From: Octopus sinensis
Taxonomy: Eukaryota
NCBI RefSeq assembly: GCF_006345805.1
Contig: NC_043008.1
Span: 23,622,001 to 23,686,000 of the forward strand
Direction: 5' to 3'
Length of the DNA stretch: 64,000 nucleotides
Within the stretch, counting starts at the first letter, position 1. Every line of letters starts with the position of its first letter. Below are positions 1-12,150 of this stretch, piece after piece. Under the pieces are notes generated by a model. It ran no database searches, had not been told where the DNA came from, and saw only the letters and a list, made by a program, of their open reading frames with translations. A program made the position numbers and the translations under genes.

Positions 1-240
1 TATTGAGTCGCAATTCCAAAAGGGAGCACATTTAAACAGAAATATTACCACTGCAATCCAGACAAGGTCAGCAACAAAGTTACCAATAAATAAAGGACTG
101 ACTGACATCAGCGAAATGATTGATAAAACTCACAAAACTAACAGAACAACTCCAAGTTGCTGTGACTCCACAGTAGGGGCCATAACAGCAACAAAGACAT
201 CATCAACAACAAAGACATCATCAACAACAAAAACAAATAA

Positions 241-442
241 TAATAATCCTTTCTTCTCTAGGTACAAGGTCTGACATTTATTGCGAGGAGGCTAGTCTTT
301 TACATCGACCTCAGTGCTCAACTGGTACTTATTTTATCGACCTCTAAAGAATAAAAGATAAGATCGACAATAAACATAAAGTCGGACGATATGCTGCTAA
401 GTATTTTGTCTGTTGTAATAACTATTCTGTCAGCTTTCCCCC
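241..442 (-). mobile_element. tRNA-derived SINE, family B (degenerate)
   Basis: Shares ttacatcgacc-cagtg...actggtactt-attttatcgacc with the copies at 34657-34880 and 54457-55240. A tRNA-like head (reverse of ctattctgtcagctttcccc) lies at the right end. Confidence 0.7.
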
Positions 443-469
443 TTAATAAAAACAACAACGAGCACCTTG

Positions 470-1290
470 AATTTACTACAAGAACAGAAATGTTGCAGGA
501 AGAAGGATAGAGGAACGCATGGTCTCTAGACAAAGCAGTTCTAAATGCAGTAAAAACAATCGCATGGATAGATTATAAGAAAGTTTATGACCTGTTCCCA
601 CACTCATGGATAAGTGATTGTTAGAGTATATTCGGTATAGTAAATGATATAAGAGAATTAATTAGTTTTAGTATGAAGAAATGGAAAGTAGATCTCTACT
701 CAGGTGACACGGTCTTAGGGAAAGTTGATATCAAGGGAGGAATTTTCCAAGGGGAAGCGTTATCCCCTTTAATATTTGTCTTATGTTTGGTTACCCTCAG
801 TTTAGTATTAAGGAAGGCAAACGCAGGGTATCAGTTCAGAAATAGTAATGGAAAAATTAACAATTTGCTCTACATGGGTGATATGAAGCTTTTTAATAAG
901 AATGAAAAAGAGAAAGATTCCTTAATATAGGCCATAAGACTCTTCGGCAAAGATATAGGCATGAAATTTGGCATAGATAAGTGTACAATATTAGTCATGA
1001 GAAGCAGATAGATAGTCAACAGTGAAAGCATCCAGTTATCAGATGGCTAGATATTAAAATCATTGAAAGGAGGGGAAAGTTATAAATATCTAGGAGTATT
1101 AGAATCCGACAGAGTACTAACTATAGAAATAAGAACGAAAATTGAGGAGTACATCAGAAGGGTGAGGAAGCTTATGAGATCAATGATAAATGGTCCCAAT
1201 TTAGTGATGGTTGTAAATACTTGGGCACTCTTAGATATTTAGCAACTTTTATAGATTGGACAAAAACTGAATTAGCAAATATAGACAAAA
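470..1290 (+). mobile_element. R4/Dong-like (REL-type) non-LTR retrotransposon, RT fragment
   Basis: Translates to AWIDYKKVYDLFPHSW, GIFQGEALSPLIFVLC, NNLLYMGDMKLF, FG..KC and YKYLGV motifs, with stops and frameshifts. Confidence 0.85.
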
Positions 1291-1294
1291 TCTA

Positions 1295-1333
1295 GGCGCA
1301 GGAATGGCAGTGTGGTAAGAAGCTTGCTTTCCA
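1295..1333 (+). mobile_element. SINE family A, 5' head fragment
   Basis: ggcgcaggaatggcagtgtggtaagaagcttgctttcc matches the heads of the full copies at 51875-52227 and 61922-62450. Confidence 0.65.
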
Positions 1334-1519
1334 CTGCGAATATCAGTGTTTTTCGTAGCGCTGAAAGAAGTGTAAAGCTGGCGAAATATCGATTGAAAAA
1401 GAAGCTCAACTGTAAGGTAAGGATTTTGTTTTTGGGTCCAGTGGGGGTTTGATGTAATTATTTTTGTACAACCAAGAAATCCTTACTGGATTCTAGACTC
1501 TGTTCTGCCTGCAGATGGG

Positions 1520-2800
1520 CAAAATTTGTTCACTTTAAGTGAGTAGTTTTTCTCACTTAATTGTGAGAATTGTTGTCTTGGAGGCGTATCTCGCCTCCAA
1601 AAATAGTTGAACTTCTTCACCAATTTTTTGTGAAATTTGTGGAAGCAATTTGTTCACTTTAAGTGAATAGTTTTTCTCAATTAATTGCGAGAATTGTTGT
1701 TGTAGAGGCGTATCTCGCCTCCAAAAATTGTTGAACTTCACCAATTTTTGTAGAAGCTATGTTCCAGTTGCTGTGTTCCGGTTTCGAGTTGGAGGCCTGG
1801 ATTACCTAGTGGGCGGAAGATTTGTGCTTCCTATGTTTTTTGAACTGTTGAACTGTTGAACTGTTTTCTTTCCTTCTATCTTTTTGGGGGATTTTCTTTT
1901 TTTTCTTGAACTATTTTCTTTTTTTCCTTCCTTTTTGTTGTGACTTTCTTTTTTGGATTGAATACACTATCCGCCGGGATCTGGGTGGTAGCGGAGCCAA
2001 GCTCCTCAATGTAAAAATTTTGCCTGCGGCTGATTGGTTGGGGTCAAAAGCGGTTTTGACCCTGTGGACCCAATCAGCCAAGAATCTGGTATTTCCGTAT
2101 TTTTTTTTAAATGGCCGATTCTAGGTACCCGATGATTCTTGAGGGTGCCCCCAAGCTGTCATCGGTGCCTGGAACCTGACCATATGAAGAAAAACTGTCC
2201 CCAGGAACAAAGTAAGGTCCTGGAACAGTTGGTTGAGGCCTCTGTAGAAGAGGGAACGAAGGGGGCCGAGGAGGTGGAGGACTCCTCGAAGCAGGGCCGC
2301 AAGAGGAAGAAGGTGAGCAACAATGAGTGCTCACCGAAGGATCCTAGGGATGAGGGAGGGGAGGCAAATCTCGCGGTCACGGAGAAGATGCACCCTCCCT
2401 CCGTTTAGAAGAAAAAACGGAAGAGGAAAAGAAACGGGACGTTGCCGGCAGTCGGTGACATAGTACCGGAATTCCCAGAACCTCATCAGTGGGCGTTGTT
2501 CCTCCGACGAGGGAAGACCCATCGTCGGTGGGAATTGTGCCGCCAATGGTAGAAATGACTACCTCGTCCCCGGAGGAAAACGATTTATTGGCCTTCTACA
2601 GAGGCAGAGAGGTGAAGACGGTGTTGGAAAATCACTATAAGGGAGTAACTTTAACCCAAATGGCCTCCGCAGATAGCCGTGGAGGTCATAACGTTGCCCG
2701 TGTTGCGTGGGCCGGGGGGGGGGGGGCTCAGTGAGGATAAGAGGTTGAAAAGCCTCAGTGTTATGAATTGATGAGGGGTTTGAAACCTTACTCTGTTTAA
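1520..2800 (+). mobile_element. L1/Tx1-like LINE 5' region and ORF1 remnant
   Basis: Gag-type knuckle CHRCLEPDHMKKNC (CX2CX4HX4C) at about 2155-2200, followed by a K/E-rich low-complexity tail typical of LINE ORF1. Confidence 0.7.
1523..1757 (+). repeat. Tandem duplication (units 1523-1646 and 1647-1757)
   Basis: Both units begin aatttgttcactttaagtga and contain gaggcgtatctcgcctcc. Confidence 0.9.
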
Positions 2801-3032
2801 GAAAGTAAGAGGCGCGATGCCTCATTTTTGTATCAATGAACATTATGAACAGTGTAAGAGGTATGTTGCCTCATGCATAATATATAAGAGAATAAAGTTT
2901 TCGAGAGACAAACGACCGGTGGGCGTTGCTCGTTTCTGCCATTAATCATCATTTTCACCTTTCATCTCATATAACCTTATGCTCGCAGCTTCCATTATTT
3001 AGTAAGTCCTTTATGACCAATTTAATGAAATA

Positions 3033-3159
3033 AAGAAGCTTGTTTTCCAGCCACATGGTTCCGGGTTCAGTTCCACTGCGCGGCACCTTGGGCAAGTGTC
3101 TTCTGGTATAGCCTCGGGCCAACCAAATTTTTGTGAGCGGATTTGGTAGACGCAAACTG
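3033..3159 (+). mobile_element. SINE family A, 5' half
   Basis: ccacatggttccgggttcagttccactgcgcggcaccttgggcaagtgtcttct...ggatttggtagacg; B-box-like ggttcag. Confidence 0.85.
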
Positions 3160-3910
3160 GTTCCCAGACCGGGCGTTGTATTCTTGAGCAAAGAACTTCA
3201 TCTCACCTTGCTCTGCGATCATTTCGTCATCTGATTTTTGGAATCCATTGCACCTGTACAAGTAATGTCGATTTGATGGCGAGAATGAGCTTATGTCTAT
3301 ACAAACATTTGATCACTATAAACAAATCAGCTGTGTGGTTGTTCGGTAAGAAATTATCGAACCCTCATACGTCGTCTAACGACTGAGAGTCCATCATATA
3401 TATGTATATATATATATATATAATTATAACAATAATAATTATATATAATAATTATATATATATATATAATTATAACGAGGCTTTACGCATCACAATGCAC
3501 TGCAAGAAATAGACGCTAAAGCCCCTATTATCACCTTAAAATCTCCGAGAATAACACACTATTTTGTAGGCGTGCAAAAGAAAGAGAATAAATCAACAAG
3601 GTTCGGTTAACTGCGTACAAGATCGTGTTTCAAGCTTAAAGTAAAAAGAGTAGGTAAAATAGTGGCGAGGCGTAAATAAATTTTAATGTCATGATTAGCG
3701 AAAGCGAAACATATTAGATATATTAGAAATAATATTAAAAGTATGTAAAGTGTGTGCATTTTCCTTCTTTAATTTCTTATATATATTACAACTCAAGTGA
3801 GGCTAATCGAAATTCCTCCCTTTCTGTTACTATATATATACATATATATATGTGTGTGTTTGTGAGTGTGTGTGTGTGTATGTATGTATATGTATGTATA
3901 TGTATGTATT

Positions 3911-4063
3911 TGTGTGTCTGTGTTTGCCCCGCCCACCATCGTTTGACAACCGATGTTAGTGCTTACATCCCCGTTACTTAGCGGTTCGACAAAAGAGACC
4001 GATAGAATAAGTACTACGCTTAGAAAGAATAAGTCCTGTGGTCGATTTTTGTTCGACTAAAGG
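3911..4063 (+). mobile_element. SINE family A, 3' half
   Basis: tgtgtctgtgtttgcccc...ttagcggttcgacaaaagagaccgatagaataagtact matches the other copies. Confidence 0.85.
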
Positions 4064-4069
4064 GAAAAA

Positions 4070-4900
4070 TCATTTGATGTTGTCGATTGACCCGTCAACG
4101 CCCGCTTAACTCATTCGCTAATCCTATGTAAGCTTGGCCAACCGGGAATGACACGTTCAGATCCCGTAGCGGGCTCCCTGCTTACAAAGTCTATTGGAGT
4201 TGACCGTGCAGATCAAAAGTTGCGATCGGAGTAGCCGACGATTTTAAAAAGTAGACAGCTTCTATCAACTACTACGATTATATTCCTGCCAAAGAATATT
4301 CTATCTGGATACCACTTAGATGATCCGATGCGGTTCGTTCATGACACTGGCACATTTGAGAAATCCAGTCGATACCTATCAGACAGTTGGAAACTGTTTG
4401 AGCAGGTCTGCAAGGCTTTTACATCCGCCTCTTCGGACAGGTAGCCCCACACAATTCAAATGTGCATCCAAGATGACGTTCCAGTCTCTCAGCACTAAAA
4501 GTCAGACGTCTAAAGTAATCTGACTGTATTGCCCGTCAGAGCGGCCACCAGTTTGAAGGCACACGTCGCCACTGATTACAGCGAGAACTAACGACTTACC
4601 TTCTGGGTTCCTTATCTTCTGATCTAGACGTCTCCGTCACAGCTCCACTGTTCCATCCCCACCATTCCCGATTGACAAGTAAATCTTGTATCCACTGGAA
4701 GTGGGCATAAAAGCTCGTCGGTCGGAGAGTTTGGCTTCACTGATAATGTTAGTGAACTGAGATCATTGTGTAGATCATTGTTTCCAAGGCGACCCCGGGT
4801 CGCATGCGCTTATACTGCTTTGCTGAGCAAGGCCGGGTTGGTAAAAAAAAAACAAAAACAGGAGAATGAAGAGGCTCACTTCCCCTATTTCTATGGAGTG
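4070..4900 (-). mobile_element. L1/Tx1-like ORF2 AP-endonuclease fragment
   Basis: Minus strand gives PEGKSLVL...RDWNVILDAHLNCVG...QLSDRYRLD...PDRI, the degenerate GDWN and YLDRI motifs of APE. Confidence 0.7.
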
Positions 4901-5190
4901 ACGGTTATTCCGTTTCTCTGGTTATTTGTGGGTGTTTCCACAAGCATTTCTTTATGAAGTCATTTATTTACAATCCCACGGAATTTTCTCATTTCTTTCG
5001 GACATTTTACTTTCTGTTAGCTGGTTAGCTGTTTGTTGTGTTGCTTTTATAATTTTTACGTAAAAACGGGTATTATGCAGTGTTGCGATATATTCATTTA
5101 GAGTAATGTTTGTATATTTAGCTTTTGTTGCTTGATGTCTATGGGCGTGTAATTAGTGATGCCTTGAGGGTGATATTCATGTTTTTGCAA

Positions 5191-5288
5191 ATTTAAGAGC
5201 GAAAAGAGGCATGCATGGTAAGAAGAACAACAAGAACAACAGTAATGATTTCTTTTATTTGCCTCCAGAGTGAAGGATAAGGGGGACA

Positions 5289-5350
<62 letters not shown>

Positions 5351-5467
5351 TTACGGGCGAAAAGAGGCATGCATGGTAAGAAGAAGAAGAACAGCAACAC
5401 CAACAATAATGATTTCTTTTATTTGCCTCCAGGGTGAAGGATAAGGGGGACAATGCAGAGAGAGACA
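5191..5467 (+). repeat. Tandem duplication ending in (AG)n
   Basis: gcgaaaagaggcatgcatggtaagaag...ggataagggggacaatgcagagag occurs twice; the first copy has a long (AG)n, the second a short one. Confidence 0.9.
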
Positions 5468-5639
5468 TAAACTGTAGAGCTCATATATAATGAATTGATA
5501 AAGAAAAAACAAGTGTATGCGGCTTACAATCAAACAAACAATGGAAGTAGGCATAGTATACTACAGTAAAAGGAAAGGAGAAAATAGGATGATAGTGGTG
5601 TTATCGGGAGGACAACCAGAGATAATCGAGGAACCCTAC

Positions 5640-7255
5640 AGCCCAAGATCTACCTGAACAGCGAGGACAAGTGCACTCTCGCATCTTCTTTTCTCCGACT
5701 CATAGATCTACACTTAGACCGTTACCATCCACTCTTGAAATGTTCTCAACTGTCACACACCTTTCAATAAATTCATTTGAGGACAACATTCCCTTCAACC
5801 ATCATTTTGAAAAAGTCAGTGAGGGCTCTAACAAAGAGGAATGTCTCTATCATCATTCCTCTTAACCACGTTCACCAAACAACCTCTTTCGACACAGCCA
5901 TCAGGCAAAAAAGAAAACTGCCTTTCCTACCCAATTAAAGATGGGCGACGGGGCAATCACTGAGGATTCGGCCGACTGACGGATCCGTCCCATACGCGAC
6001 AGCAGCTGTTCGGCGTAAGTCCGCAAGACAGCAATATCAGGACACTGAATGAGTGTGTGCAGAACGGTTTCGTCGCTCAGCGTGCACATCCAATAAGTTC
6101 CGTCTGACAGCGTATCCGCACCGGTAGATTGTATCTCGAACACACGTTTATTGTATAGAAATCATCACAAGTGGTGCAGCCTGAGCGTATGTCTGCGCAT
6201 CAGAAGCCAAAGCATGCTTAAGCTGCAACACAGAGGGAGGTAGCAGCAGAGTAACTTTTGATCATTAGAAAGTGTCACTGCCACAAGAAAATACATTAGA
6301 GGCGCTCCAGCTTGATCACCCTGACAAGGTGCGACTGTCAGGAAATAAATGAATACGGAGGCGAGGTAGGCATTCATCACCTCTGTCCGACTTTTCAAAG
6401 ACAGCTTCCTCTTTGCCAATTTCTAGGTAAGATTGGCCACCCTATTCGTCACCTCGCCCTAGTTCTTATCCATTCGGAGGTCGGGACCGAACCAGACACC
6501 GAACAGTTTATCTGGTCCATCAGTTCAGTATCCAAGACGCCTCTCCAAGTGCCCAGCCTCAAGCCTTAGTGTAGATTTTGACTCCTGCAACCGACTCATA
6601 TTATTTTAAAGGTTGCCAATCGTCTCCACTTCGAAGGCGCCCGACACCATGACGGTGAGGTCATCTGCGTACGGTGATACTGCCATGCCGTGTCCTGGTT
6701 TGAAAGGAAAACTCTTCAATTGTTGTAAGGGCCAGCGCCTACAAAAGAGGTAACAGCAAGCAGTCTTGTCGGACCGAGCATGCTATGCGAAATAGTTTCG
6801 ATAGTTGACCGTTTACGTTGACCACTGAGCAGGTGCCGTTGTGCATTGAAGTGATTCAGCCTCTGCGAAAAGGTCAGAAACAGGCCGCTTTTAATGTGGC
6901 TACTAAGTAGCGTTGGATGACCCTATCAAATGCTTCAAGCTGACCCAAAATGATAACGGCCCACCAAAGCCAACTTTAGTCCCAGTTATCTGTATGATGT
7001 ATCACATAAGGTGGAGGTTGTCGTGGATAGACTTGCTGGGGCTTATGCAAGATTGCGCTTCTCCGACTAGATAACCGACAAGGCCAAACCTTTTCGCTAA
7101 TACTTTAGCCAAAATCTTAAACTCTGTGTTTAGAAGAATTATGGGCTGAAAATTCCCCAATACGTTCCCTTTGTCAGCGTCCTTACCCAGCAGCTTTACC
7201 ACACACCGACTAACGACAATAGGAATTGTCTCGTTGTGCTGCCAGTTACGGTAGA
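5640..7255 (-). mobile_element. L1/Tx1-like ORF2 RT and C-terminal fragment
   Basis: NFQPIILLNTEFKILAKVLAKRF...SIHDNLHLM; KLSLKSRTEVMNAYLAS; DETVLHTLIQCP (CCHC remnant). Confidence 0.85.
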
Positions 7256-7450
7256 TGATGCAAACAATAACTATTTTTATACAACTTGAGGAATTCTAAT
7301 GCTAAATTAATATAAACGTTTCAAATTTACCGGCAAAATTAGTTTTAGACCGTATCATTATAATATTATTTAAAGCTTAAGATTGTAGCAAAAATGAGCC
7401 ACAAGAACGAAATACATATTAGTACTTTGTGCCGTTGCCTTTATTCTTAA

Positions 7451-9026
7451 CTAGCATTATGACCCGTCGTTGCCGGGTCATAGTGCTCGTGCATGTATAT
7501 ATGTGTGTATATATATGTGTACATATTACATGTACATCTATATATATATATGCATCTACATATAAAATACAAAATACAAAGTTATAACAAGTGATAACAA
7601 TACTCAAAATATATAACAGACTGGAATTGTAGGCCCGTCTCTTGCAATTTCGATCAATTGTATCTTGTCCTCCCTCTTGTATAGAAGTGTGGCTACAATC
7701 CAGCCTACCTCTACTTCTGGGGGGACATTTTAAATTTTTATCCGGGACATCCTACGTCCCAGATATAAAGGTAAAAATAAAATATTTCCACTTTGCAAGG
7801 TTCGAGTAGAGTACTCCCTTGCACGCTCCGTTGACTCGAACCTTGCTTCTATTGTGGCGAATTTACCGCCTCTGGTTAGATATCTTTCATAGTCGCACCA
7901 AGACACTTTACGATGGTGCTTTCTTCCAGGTGTTCAAATAATTTTTTTCTCTACATTGTATACTTTATAGACAATAGTCTTTTCTTTAATTTAATTTTTT
8001 TATTTCGTTTGGTGGTGTGATCCCAGATTCTTTGTCGGTGATCAATCCGAAATAGGTTTGTATTTCTTCCATTTTAATTTTAATGAGTTCGCGCCCGCCG
8101 ACGGCTGCAGCGAAATTCATTTTTGGACTTTCTTCTATCGAAGGCATTCTAACAAAAATGCTTCCGTGTAAACGGTGAAAATATTGTCTATTCAATTTTT
8201 AAACAATACCCAAAGCTCCTTCTCCCAAAGGGGTGGGTGGGGGTTTACAGTTTACAATTATTTAACAAATGCAACACAACAATCTTTCCCTTACGAGGAA
8301 CCAACAAACGTGATAACAATAGTTAAACAGTAACAATAATAACAATAAACCTTACGGTGAATCAAAAAGCAGTACGCAGTTGAAGCTATAGTCCTTTATG
8401 TATTAGAAATAAACCAACAGCAGTACTCAGTAGAAGCGGCTGTTCGAGAAAACAGACATTACATACAGCCAAACTTCATATAGATACTTAACGCTAGCTA
8501 ATTAGCAGATAATCTAATGTGAAAGCCGTGGTAAACGATATGTCCATAGCTCCATCTGGACTATTCCATTTCTGCACGCTAATTTTATTTTTAATTTATT
8601 CCCATTCATGTGAAACCACTTATTCAAGTTCAAGTCATTGATGCAATTTTATACCAATTGCTATTTTTACTTTTGTTATGTTACGATTATATTATACTGT
8701 AGTTTGATTTTAATTATTACTTACTACATATAATTCAATTGTTATTATCTCTAATTTTTATTGTTAAAGTGAAAGCATCTGACATAAAATAGAGAAATGT
8801 TTTTGTTTCACTTTTAACACGTAATACTGAAATAGTGGAGAAGATATGATATTGCTATGGGCTCGCCCTAGGCAAGAAGTTGAACATTTTTTGCCTATGA
8901 AACTACATGGACCCTAAGTAAGGCATATGTAAAATTTGAATGAAATTGGTTGTGTAGTTCTCAAGTTTTAGGGAAACACACAGACAGACAGACAGACACA
9001 CATTCTCAGTTATATATATATATAGA
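7451..9026 (-). mobile_element. Non-autonomous Helitron (1576 bp)
   Basis: On the minus strand it begins TC at 9026 and ends CTAG at 7451. It has a subterminal 9-bp hairpin (7458-7482), an A|T insertion site with no TSD, and a (TCTG)n tract near the 5' end. Confidence 0.9.
7625..8340 (-). mobile_element. L1/Tx1-like 5' region and ORF1 N-terminal fragment inside the Helitron
   Basis: ARFESTERAREYSTRTLQSGNIFILPLYLGRRMSRIK..VPPEVEVGWIVATLL aligns with ORF 11688-11960 (MRFKTEKKARFHSATTFRNKGHFLIPSYRSQRLAKGRVINWTPEISISWLLAAIL). Confidence 0.7.
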
Positions 9027-10399
9027 TAACGGCTGAACAACACCTCGGCATTGAATTCGCGAAGTGATTACAAAATTCTATGGAAATGTTTTGCCATATT
9101 TCATTAATATAATCGAATAATTGTTTCAGATTAGATGGTTTTTTAGCATTAACTTTTTTAGAAACATAATTCCACAAGTTCTCGATCGGATTCAGGTCCG
9201 GGCTCTGAGAAGACCATTCGATTACGTTAATATTATGGTGATCAAAAAATTCCATAACCTTTTTGGCTTTGTGCACAGGACTATTGTCCTGGTGATAAAT
9301 AGCTCCCCGGAGGCATTTGGTGAATCAAATATGGCACAACATTATCCTTTAGTAGATTCATATACCCTACACTATATAGCTTTCCATCAGCTTTAACTAG
9401 AGGGCCAACACCAAAGCTAATAAATGCCGCCCACACCCTCACACTCCATCCCCGCTTGCGCCGTCTTTTTCACGCATTTCGGATAGAATTCCTCGGTTGG
9501 GCGACGTCTGACGTATGTTTTACCATATGATCCAAATATACAGAAGCGTGACTCGGTCACTCCAATGGACCCTGCACCAATCTTCGGCAGTCCATTGAGC
9601 ATGGCTTTTTGCAAAATTAAGGCGTTTGAGTCGATTTCTTTCGGATATCATTGGCTTTTTCCTAGCGATTCGTCCAAGTAGTCCAAATTCTCTCAAACGG
9701 TTGCGAACGGTTTGTGGTGTAAAAATAACACCATTCTCGTTGGACAATTGTTTAGAAATGTCAACGGCTGTCAGCATTCGGTTGCCTTCCGAAGGTCGCT
9801 GAATTCAACGGTCCAACTGCGCCGTCGTTTTTCTTGGGGCGCCAGTTCTTTGCCGATCTTTATATTGACCAGTCTCCGAGTATAACTTCCATGCTTGCAC
9901 GCAAGCCGTTTTACTGCACTTTAATTGCTTGCTGATATTCGAAAAGGAGACTTTTGCTGGTGGAGTAATACGATTTTTTTGCTCTCATGACTGGACTGAA
10001 GCTACGTTGTTTTCCCATTATTAATCAATTGTATAACGTTAAATTATAACACTATATAGTGCAGTTAGGTTAGTTGTGTGACCACCCATTTTGGCAAAAA
10101 AATTGCATACATATTACGTGGTCTTAAACTAATTTTGCCGGTATATTTGAAACGTTTATATTAATTTAGCATTATAATTATTCAAGTTGTATAAAAATAG
10201 TTATTGTCTGCATCATTCGAAAAAGAAATAAATTCTGCATAAGGTGTAAAAGATAAAAATAATTTGTATGGTGATAGTAACAAAATATTTTGTAAGAAAT
10301 AGAACTTTTATCATCGATCTTAAATTTATATTCGCCAGTGTATTTTCCTCTCAGATTTATTTCTTTCTATTACTAGCTCTTTGCTAAACGCTATCGATT

Positions 10400-12150
10400 C
10401 TACTATAATCGGTCTTTTTGGGATGATCCACCAGTGGTTGGCACATAAGGAAAATCCACTCGATACTTGTCAGCTGGAAGTTCCTGGGGAGGTTTTTCGA
10501 GGTTTTTGAGGCCTGAAGAAATCTGGACTTCCGGCTCTTATCGGAGCATGAACTACCCCCAGTCCAAAGTCACCATCTTTGTTGCTATTCATGTCAAGGA
10601 CCAGCACATTACCGTCTAGATCCAAGAAGATTGCACGTACTTTGAGATCTAAGAATTTTCAGAATAGTACTTCTACAATGTTGCCCGCTTCGGACAAACA
10701 AAATGAGAATATCTCGTAGTCTTTGTAAACGGTTGTTAGAAGCACGGTTCCTGGACATTCTTATCTCATTAATTGAGGTCACATATAAACAAGGCGATCC
10801 GAGATTGTTGAATAAGAGATCTTGCTTCCAAGATGACCCAAATCCACGTACATTTCCACTCTAAACATAGTCATGCTCGCGGGAGAAAGGAAATAGAGGT
10901 CGCCCTCGTCGAAAAACCTGCCCAGGAACTTCCAGCTGACAGGTACCGAGAACCTGGGTATTCTGGACCTGTCTACTAGCGAAAGTTTTCTAGGAGGTCC
11001 TTTTGTCTATTGTTTTCTTAAAAATTGCAACACTAGCCGGGAATTTGTTTCCGAATTGCTTTATAAACGTCTGATAATGTTTTTATCAAATTCCTTTCCC
11101 TCTGTTTCAATTCTGTTTTTATTCCGATATAAGTTCACTGTTGCTTTTGTTCACAACAGTGAAGTTAATGGATGAATTTTGCGTACAGTTTGATATATTT
11201 TGTTTTTCTTGCAATTTCATTATCGGTTGTTTCTGTATTTCTGTGTTTTCTTGTTGTTGATGTTGTAGTGGTTGTGAATTTGGTTGAAATTGTGGCTCTT
11301 GTGTTTGCTTTTCCTGGTGTTCTCAGAGTGGGGCTATGTACCTCCCTCCTCTCTCTCATTCCCTCTTTTGTACCGTTAATCAATGTTTCGGCCTGCTCTT
11401 CTTTCTCCATGTCATTACTGATGTTGTTGGTTTGGTGCGATGAGCGTTCAAGAGAAGCTTGATTTTCTATGGGCGCCGGGTGTAAACATCTTCGTTATCT
11501 TGGTTTGGGTGTAGGTGTTGGAGATCTAAGCTCTTCTACTTGATTTTGTTTGTAGTATTGATAGCAGGGTGGCTTGTCTACTTTGAGGGCAGAGAGCTTT
11601 TAAGTGTGTCACAGATTCATATATGTAACATGCGGGCTTTCTACCTTCCTCTATCCATGTAGGAGGCCTATCAAGTCAGGTATATCGTTAATATTTATTT
11701 CGCTGGTTTCTATTGTTAGTTCTATATCTATACCCGACCGGTTTTGTTGTTACTTTATTTACTTCTAGGATAGTGACTTGTTCCTCTATACCCGCCAAGA
11801 TGGCTGCCAAGAGCCAGCTGATGGATATTTCTGGCGTCCAGTTTATCACCCTGCCTTTTGCAAGGCGTTGGCTGCGATAACTGGGAATTAAGAAGTGTCC
11901 TTTATTCCTAAATGTCGTCGCAGAATGAAATCTAGCTTTTTTTTCAGTTTTAAATCGCACTTCATCATATGAGTCCGTAATATCCGGACTCTCAGATCTT
12001 GTGCTTGTACTCTCTTTAATCTAGGACTCGGTATTACTTTCCATCCGGCATGTGCTTGCTCCTGTGCAGAGGTATATGAATGCATAATGAATTTTTAATA
12101 TAGCTTTACTTAAGGCTAGCAGATTTTTATGTACTTCTAAGCCACGTTAA
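10400..12150 (-). mobile_element. L1/Tx1-like ORF1 and rearranged start of ORF2 endonuclease
   Basis: Degenerate ORF1 knuckle CYIYESVTHLKALCP at about 11590-11635. APE-like VLDMNSNKDGDFGLGVVHAPIRAGSPDFF at about 10515-10605. Confidence 0.7.

Larger units (their letters stand above)
7419..10018 (-). pseudogene. Tc1 DD34E transposase pseudogene (frameshifted, split at 9026/7451)
   Basis: Starts MGKQRSFSP at 10018. Motifs: QTVRNRL, RKKPMIS..NRLKRLNFA, WSD, QDNSPVH...SPDLNPIENLW (34 residues between D and E), and C-terminus AVI|KNKGNGTKY*. Confidence 0.9.
7328..10143 (-). mobile_element. Tc1-family DNA transposon interrupted by a Helitron
   Basis: 24-bp TIRs at 7328-7351 and 10120-10143 match at 23/24 positions. 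TA follows the right TIR. A transposase remnant lies inside. Confidence 0.9.
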
